Assembly (NCBI GenBank): GCA_026706895.1
Contig: JAPOXW010000027.1
Coordinates: forward strand, 72,373 to 136,372
DNA from: Gammaproteobacteria bacterium
Lineage (GTDB): Bacteria > Pseudomonadota > Gammaproteobacteria > Poriferisulfidales > Poriferisulfidaceae
DNA: 64,000 bases
Direction: 5' to 3'
This document shows positions 58,208-64,000 of the stretch, in pieces. The position numbers and the translations under genes are program-made. The notes beneath the pieces are model-generated. The model was not told the DNA's origin. It saw nothing but the letters and a program-made list of their open reading frames with translations, and searched no databases. Numbering within the stretch: position 1 is the first letter of the stretch; every line of letters begins with the position of its first letter.

Positions 58208-59137
58208 CTAATCCCGCCGCCTTGCTCGCGGATGCGCGGAATCGTAGGTCTGGGCTAGGTGCTGATAATCGAGGTGTGTGTAAATCTGCGTGGTGCTGAT
58301 GCGGCGGTGCCCCAGCAATTCCTGCACGGCACGCAGGTCGCCGGATGATTCCAGCAGATGGCTGGCGAAAGAATGGCGGAACAGGTGGGGATGCAGGGCC
58401 TGATCGCTCCCTGAAGCACAACCAAACTGGTGCAGGCGCATCTGTACGTTGCGGGCCGACAGGCGTCGCCCCCGCTGACTCACAAACAACGCGGTCTCTT
58501 CGGGATGCGCCATCTTCGGGCGCACATCAAGCCAGCCGCGCAAAGCCTTCAGCGCCATGCGCCCGACCGGAAGCTTTCGCTCCACCCGACCTTTCCCGAG
58601 AACCAGAACTTCCCCTGCCGCCATGTCCAGGTCATTGCAATCCAGCCCCACCAGTTCGGACAGGCGCATGCCACTGGAATACAGGAGCTCGAACATGGCC
58701 AAGTCGCGGTACCCCAGCGGGCCGTTCGGCGTCGAATCCAGCAAGCGCATCACGGCATCGACATCCAGCACTTTGGGAAGCGTCCGGGGCTGCCGGGGGG
58801 CGCGAACCCCGCTCGCTGGATTGTCCGCCCGGCGCTGGGTCGCCACCAGATGATCGTAGAATCCGCGCAACGCCGACAGGACGCGCTGGATTGACCGCGG
58901 GGACCGCCCCTGCCGGAACAAATGCGCGGCATAGCGCTGAACGTCGCCTTCATGCGCCTCGCCAGGCTCGACCGACTGTTCGCCAAGCCAACGGATGAAC
59001 TGCCGAATATCGCTGGTGTAGCCAGCGACAGTATGTACCGAGTAATTGCGCTCCCAGCGCAACTTGGCCTGGAATTCCTCCAACCACTTTTTCGTATCTT
59101 CTGCGAACTCGCTCATGGAGATCTCCGGGGCTCGCAA
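58208..59137 (-). CDS. xerC: Tyrosine site-specific recombinase XerC
   Basis: 309 aa with tyrosine recombinase catalytic residues (R...HxxR...Y, as in LFRHSFASHLL and IYTHL). Sits in the conserved dapF-yigA-xerC arrangement. Confidence 0.85.
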   Translation of the reverse strand: MRAPEISMSEFAEDTKKWLEEFQAKLRWERNYSVHTVAGYTSDIRQFIRWLGEQSVEPGEAHEGDVQRYAAHLFRQGRSPRSIQRVLSALRGFYDHLVATQRRADNPASGVRAPRQPRTLPKVLDVDAVMRLLDSTPNGPLGYRDLAMFELLYSSGMRLSELVGLDCNDLDMAAGEVLVLGKGRVERKLPVGRMALKALRGWLDVRPKMAHPEETALFVSQRGRRLSARNVQMRLHQFGCASGSDQALHPHLFRHSFASHLLESSGDLRAVQELLGHRRISTTQIYTHLDYQHLAQTYDSAHPRARRRD

Positions 59138-59796
59138 AACCGATCAATTAGGGCTGCCGTGAGATCGGCTACGTGTAGAAGCAGAGTGGTATCGCCTTCA
59201 CGGTCGATGCCCGGCGGCAGTTCCCGGCAGAGTATCCCGAAGCGCCGTCTTCGCTTCAGGGGCGCAATGACCAAGGTGTCCGAATCCGCGCTTGATTTCG
59301 GCCATAGCATCAGCACGGTTTCGCGATCCGTCAGGATCTGCGGGCCCTTCCGGAAAACCGTCATGATCGCGCGAATCAGGGGCGGGTGTTCGGGAATCTT
59401 GTATTTGGCGGCAATGCGTGGAATTTCCGGCCGCAGCCGAATTGCCCACCCGGCGTTCGGAAAATGGCGAAGCAGGCGCTTTTCCTGTGCCTGAATCGCA
59501 GCCCCTATGGAGCTTGGACGATCTTGCAGGCTTTCCGCCGCCAAAATCAGGGCATGGTCGATCAACTTCTGGTTGCGGCCAGCCATCTGGAACATGGCTT
59601 CCAGATGTGCATTATGTTCTCGCAGCCGGCGGGCTTGGTACGCCTGAAACGAAATGGTCCCGTCCGAATCCTGAGGCAACTGCATCTGCTCCAGCAGTTC
59701 CGGCCGGCCGGCTAGAAAATTAGGGTGTTTTTCGAGCCAAGCCTGAACCTGTGCCGCGGACAGCTCACGTGACGCAGATTCGGATTTCGGGCTCAT
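59113..59796 (-). CDS. DUF484 family protein (YigA-like)
   Basis: Start at MSPKSESASRELSAAQVQAWLEKHPNFL. Lies between dapF and xerC as E. coli yigA does. Confidence 0.7.
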   Translation of the reverse strand: MSPKSESASRELSAAQVQAWLEKHPNFLAGRPELLEQMQLPQDSDGTISFQAYQARRLREHNAHLEAMFQMAGRNQKLIDHALILAAESLQDRPSSIGAAIQAQEKRLLRHFPNAGWAIRLRPEIPRIAAKYKIPEHPPLIRAIMTVFRKGPQILTDRETVLMLWPKSSADSDTLVIAPLKRRRRFGILCRELPPGIDREGDTTLLLHVADLTAALIDRFCEPRRSP

Positions 59797-60623
59797 AATT
59801 CCACGGAACCAGTATAGGCATACTCCGCACTGCCCCGCAACACCACCGGCTGACCTTCGCCTTCCCAATGCACCTGAAGGTCTCCGCCGGGAAGCGACAC
59901 CACGACATCCTCCTGGAGTTCTCCCGCCAGCCGGCCTGCGACCACTGCCGCGCAAGCCCCGGTGCCGCAACCCGGGGTCTCGCCGACCCCGCGCTCCCAT
60001 ACCCGCAGCCGGATGTGCCGAGGCGTGGAGATTTCCATGAAACCCACATTGGCATGCCGGGGAAATCTCGGATGGGTCTCGATCCGGGGCCCCAGAATGT
60101 TCACCGGCGCACTGCCGATCGCATCAACGGTCAGCACTGCGTGCGGATTGCCCATGGAAACCGCGGCAATCGAATATTCCTTTCCACCCACCTCCAGGAT
60201 GTAAACGGGGTGTCGGCCTCGATTCGAAAAGGGAATTTCGTCCGGTTCCAGCCTCGGAACGCCCATATTGACGCTCACCGAGCCATCATCATGCAGTTGC
60301 AGCATGACTTCTCCCGAAGGCGCGCGCGCGCGCTGGTTCGAGGCATCCGCATACTTCCGGTCGGCGGCATAACGGCCCAGGCAGCGTGCGCCATTGCCGC
60401 ATTGTTCCACTGACTGGCCGTCGGCATTGTAGATCCGGTAGGAGAAGTGGATGTCGGGGTCCGGGTCCGGGGTCAGGAACAACACCTGATCGCACCCGAT
60501 CCCGACACGGCGGTCCGCGAGTCTCCGCAATTGGGCTACCGTCAGGGAAACCTCACGATCCCAGGCATCCAGGACGACGAAGTCGTTGCCCAGACTGTGC
60601 ATTTTGGTGAAATCTAGTCGCAT
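59793..60623 (-). CDS. dapF: Diaminopimelate epimerase
   Basis: MRLDFTKMHSLGNDFVVLD N-terminus. Both catalytic Cys regions are present (CGNGARC, GCGTGACA). Confidence 0.9.
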   Translation of the reverse strand: MRLDFTKMHSLGNDFVVLDAWDREVSLTVAQLRRLADRRVGIGCDQVLFLTPDPDPDIHFSYRIYNADGQSVEQCGNGARCLGRYAADRKYADASNQRARAPSGEVMLQLHDDGSVSVNMGVPRLEPDEIPFSNRGRHPVYILEVGGKEYSIAAVSMGNPHAVLTVDAIGSAPVNILGPRIETHPRFPRHANVGFMEISTPRHIRLRVWERGVGETPGCGTGACAAVVAGRLAGELQEDVVVSLPGGDLQVHWEGEGQPVVLRGSAEYAYTGSVEL

Positions 60624-60750
60624 CGGTGCATTTTACTTGCTTGAGACGGCAAGTTTAGGCATTTCAGGCGATCGGTTGCTGAACTTGACTCAGCATCGAA
60701 CAAAGTGTATCTTACTCTTGTCTTACATTGTTTCAACCTTGTGAACTGCG

Positions 60751-61026
60751 ATGCCCCGGCATGAACCACTCACCACCACCGTCTCGACAAAGGGCCAGGT
60801 CGTCCTGCCCAAAGTCATCCGCAGGGCATTGCGCTGGAGAACTGGAACGCGGCTGATCGTGGAAAACACCACCAAGGGCGTCTTGCTCAGGCCGGATTCC
60901 GCATTTGCCTCGACACGACCGGAGGATGTCTTCGGATGCCTTGCCTTCGACGGCCCGCCCAAATCCCTTGCCGAAATGGAGGCCGGGATCCTGACGGAAG
61001 CGAAGCGGCGCCATGCAGGCGATTGA
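60751..61026 (+). CDS. AbrB/MazE-type antitoxin (VapB-like)
   Basis: 91 aa. SpoVT/AbrB swapped-hairpin N-terminus (VSTKGQVVLPKVIRRAL). Overlaps the downstream PIN gene. Confidence 0.65.
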   Translation: MPRHEPLTTTVSTKGQVVLPKVIRRALRWRTGTRLIVENTTKGVLLRPDSAFASTRPEDVFGCLAFDGPPKSLAEMEAGILTEAKRRHAGD

Positions 61027-61399
61027 CACCAATGTCGTGGTCCGCTACCTGACCGGGGACGACCCCGATCAGGCCACCCGTGCGAGAGGGATTATCGACA
61101 TGGAAGAGGTTTTTGTCTGCACGACCGTCCTGCTTGAAACCGCCTGGGTGTTGCGTAGCGTTTACGGCTTTGCCGGAGAGGAAGTCGCGGTGGCCTTACG
61201 CGCCTTCTCAGGGCTGCCGAGTGTTGCGGTGGAAGACCCCGCCCTGCTCGCCGTGGCACTTGATCGTGCAGAAAAAGGCATGGACTTCGCCGACGCGCTG
61301 CACCTCGGGGCAGCCGCCCACTGCGAGATGATGTTCACGTTTGACCGCCAGTTCATCGAAACAGCGAAAGACGCTCCGGTCAGGGTGGCGGAACCCTAA
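61013..61399 (+). CDS. PIN-domain toxin VapC
   Basis: 128 aa beginning MQAIDTNVVVRYL, with acidic residues at conserved PIN positions. Confidence 0.75.
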   Translation: MQAIDTNVVVRYLTGDDPDQATRARGIIDMEEVFVCTTVLLETAWVLRSVYGFAGEEVAVALRAFSGLPSVAVEDPALLAVALDRAEKGMDFADALHLGAAAHCEMMFTFDRQFIETAKDAPVRVAEP

Positions 61400-61555
61400 G
61401 CTCCGTTTCGGCTGTAGCAGCCGATGTGCCGCGCCGGACAATGAAATGCTTTGGGAACGACACACTAGAAGATTCCCTTTAGTATTCGCACAACAGTTTG
61501 CCAGACCGTCGGGATTTGGCTAGAATACGCGCCCCCTGACGGTTCAATCCTCCTC

Positions 61556-61867
61556 ATGTACGCAGTCATCGAAACCGGCGGCAAGCAATACCGTGTCCAG
61601 CCCGGCGACATCATCCGGGTGGAGCGGCTTGCGGGCGAGCCTGGCGACAAGATCGAATTCGACCGCGTGCTGCTGGTGGCGGACAAGAAAAAAACCCATA
61701 TCGGCACGCCGCATGTGGAAGGGGGACGCGTCGCCGCTCAAGTGACCAGCCACGGCCGAGCGCCGAAGATCGAGGTGGTCAAATTCCGGCGGCGGAAGAA
61801 CTCCCGAACCCGCACCGGGCACCGTCAGCATTGGACCGAACTCGAAATTAAAGACATCCAGGTGTGA
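61556..61867 (+). CDS. rplU: 50S ribosomal protein L21
   Basis: [18 protein letters not shown], the canonical L21 N-terminus. Confidence 0.9.
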   Translation: MYAVIETGGKQYRVQPGDIIRVERLAGEPGDKIEFDRVLLVADKKKTHIGTPHVEGGRVAAQVTSHGRAPKIEVVKFRRRKNSRTRTGHRQHWTELEIKDIQV

Positions 61868-61874
61868 GGCGACA

Positions 61875-62135
61875 ATGGCACACAAGAAATCAGGCGGCAG
61901 TTCCAGGAACGGACGCGATTCCGAGTCCAAGCGGCTTGGCGTAAAGCGCTTCGGCGGCCAGCAGGTTCGCGCCGGAACCATTCTGGTGCGTCAGCGCGGC
62001 ACTCGCTACCGGCCTGGGTCTTTCGTCGGCTGCGGCCGCGACCACACCCTGTTCGCCAAGGTAGACGGAACCGTAGAATTCCGCTCCCGCGGGCGCGAAA
62101 GTCGCACGTACGTATCGGTCAATCCGGCCGGATAA
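61875..62135 (+). CDS. rpmA: 50S ribosomal protein L27
   Basis: [28 protein letters not shown], the canonical L27 sequence. Confidence 0.9.
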   Translation: MAHKKSGGSSRNGRDSESKRLGVKRFGGQQVRAGTILVRQRGTRYRPGSFVGCGRDHTLFAKVDGTVEFRSRGRESRTYVSVNPAG

Positions 62136-62220
62136 TCCATCCGGCCTGGCCTTCCGGCATACCCAAGTGCCGGAATTCCTGAAATAAAATCGCCGGCCGA
62201 AAGGATTTTCGGCGTGGGAA

Positions 62221-63552
62221 TTATGTAGCAGAATCCGCAAGGGATTCTTTGCCCATTTCTTGACGCTTCCCAGGCCGACTGTGGCAGGGTGCCCCGCCGG
62301 TGTCGCCACCTCCACGTCCAGTCGCCCCATTCCCGAAGGCCAAGATATTCAATGCGGCGTTCACGTCCGCATCGTCCGCGTGCCCGCAAGCGGTGCACTT
62401 GAAGTCCGTTTGTTTCCGGCTGTCCTGGTCGACATGCCCGCACTGGTGGCAGGTCTGGCTGGTGTACGCCGGATTGACACGGCGCACTTCCATTTTGTAG
62501 TTCAGGCACAACTCCAAGGTGCCCCATGCGCTGGCCAGAATCTGCCGGTTCAGTACAGACTTTGAACCGACGTTCTTGCCGGGTTTCTCTCTCGTGCCTT
62601 TGGCCGATTTCGTCATGCCCCGGATATTCAGCTGTTCCACGTAGGCGACATCGTATTTGGAGGCGATGTCCTTGCTGACGTGGTGCCCCCAGTTCTTCCG
62701 GGCGAAGCGTTCCGCCGCGCAAGCCTTCTGGTGTTTTATCTGGATCCGCAGATACCGATTGGAGGGTTGGTAGCGGGGCTTGCCTTGAGACCTCGGCCCG
62801 CAGAGATTCTTTTGATCCTTCCAATAGACCTCGCGCTTGCGTGCCATTGACCGCTCATACCGTTTGCGTTTGGCCACTTTCTTCTCCAGGTCCGGCCCCC
62901 CGTGCTTCGTCCCGTCCGACAGTACCGCCAGCCGGCCCTCGGCGATATTCCGGTCGATGCCCACTTCCTTGATGGAATGGGGAAGACTGGCTTGTGCCTC
63001 CACTTCGTACACTAGGTAGGCGTACCAGTTGCCACATTCGTACTTGACCGTGCCGGACTTGAACTCGCCGTCCGGATATGGGTTGTTGCCGGCCATCTTC
63101 ATCCAGCCGACCTTCTGCACGTACAGGCTTCCCCCCGCCACCTTTGCCGAAACATAGTTAATCGGAAACGAAGGCGTGGTTGTCCACTTGCCGTGGAGCT
63201 GCGGAAGCTGGCGATTCAGTTTCCCGCCTGTTTCCAAGTCCTTGAAGAACGCCTGGTAAGTCCTCTCGATGGGTTGGAGCGAACTCTTGACGATGTACGC
63301 CGAATAGCCCTGCAACCACGGGTAACTGTGCTTCCTAAGTACCGTGAAAGTCCGGCCCAATCCCTGCGTGGGGATGGTTTTCGTCGACATGTAATGGAAG
63401 TTGCATTCACCATAATATTCATAGTCATCCCTGAGCTTCCCGACCATGTGGTTCCAGACGAACCGGCAGGCTCCAGCAGTGCCGTGCAGTTGTTGATTCT
63501 TTCTTGCAGAACCCGGATGCAGGCGGTAGCGGACGGTGCGGTGGACGGGCAT
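62221..63552 (-). CDS. tnpB: IS200/IS605-family TnpB (OrfB) RNA-guided endonuclease
   Basis: 443 aa. C-terminal RuvC-III region and zinc finger (CHQCGHVDQDSRKQTDFKCTACGHADDADVNAALNI) typical of IS605 OrfB/TnpB. No tnpA seen. Inserted between rpmA and obgE. Confidence 0.85.
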   Translation of the reverse strand: MPVHRTVRYRLHPGSARKNQQLHGTAGACRFVWNHMVGKLRDDYEYYGECNFHYMSTKTIPTQGLGRTFTVLRKHSYPWLQGYSAYIVKSSLQPIERTYQAFFKDLETGGKLNRQLPQLHGKWTTTPSFPINYVSAKVAGGSLYVQKVGWMKMAGNNPYPDGEFKSGTVKYECGNWYAYLVYEVEAQASLPHSIKEVGIDRNIAEGRLAVLSDGTKHGGPDLEKKVAKRKRYERSMARKREVYWKDQKNLCGPRSQGKPRYQPSNRYLRIQIKHQKACAAERFARKNWGHHVSKDIASKYDVAYVEQLNIRGMTKSAKGTREKPGKNVGSKSVLNRQILASAWGTLELCLNYKMEVRRVNPAYTSQTCHQCGHVDQDSRKQTDFKCTACGHADDADVNAALNILAFGNGATGRGGGDTGGAPCHSRPGKRQEMGKESLADSAT

Positions 63553-63565
63553 GGGCAGATTATGA

Positions 63566-64000
<435 letters not shown>

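Overview
This is a high-GC (~63-65%) gammaproteobacterial chromosomal segment. Its core is housekeeping genes typical of the origin-proximal neighbourhood: atpC (partial), glmU, glmS, dksA, ctpA, the rhodanese-grxC-secB-gpsA cluster, parB-parA-rsmG-mnmG, rpmH-rnpA-yidD-yidC-mnmE, engB, cysC, cytochrome c4, dsbA, polA, a TRAP transporter, uvrD, ubiB-ubiJ ... ubiE, xerC-yigA-dapF, and rplU-rpmA-obgE (partial). Several clearly accessory insertions interrupt this core.

(1) An AT-rich type II restriction-modification cassette at ~4.0-7.6 kb: a C-protein, a putative endonuclease and a gamma-class N6-adenine methyltransferase.

(2) An AT-rich islet at ~18.5-21.5 kb between mnmG and rpmH. It carries a class II Fic AMPylase behind an iteron array and a near-consensus promoter, plus a winged-helix protein and a class I glutamine amidotransferase.

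(3) A small AT-rich remnant cassette at ~37.6-38.2 kb.

(4) The most notable region is a ~14.6 kb insertion at 42.46-57.08 kb that splits the normally contiguous ubiE-ubiJ-ubiB operon, next to a tRNA-Glu(UUC) gene. It contains:
- a truncated IS630-family element;
- an AT-rich three-gene module ending in a NurA-like nuclease and a HerA-type ATPase, a candidate anti-phage or DNA-processing module;
- a host-GC, translationally coupled nine-gene envelope operon with no described counterpart. It encodes a MotA/TolQ/ExbB-family proton channel, two paralogous proteins with an ExbD/TolR-like transmembrane helix, a coiled coil and a periplasmic von Willebrand factor A (vWA) domain, a membrane-anchored protein with three or four PEGA domains (a small β-sandwich fold) and a formylglycine-generating-enzyme-family (FGE)-sulfatase domain, a PEGA protein, a lipoprotein, two acidic secreted proteins and a cytoplasmic orphan.

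(5) An IS605-family TnpB (RNA-guided nuclease) gene sits between rpmA and obgE.

(6) A vapBC toxin-antitoxin pair lies downstream of dapF.

No rRNA genes or CRISPR arrays were seen. The only tRNA is tRNA-Glu. All protein calls come from motif and family recognition by eye, with no database search.
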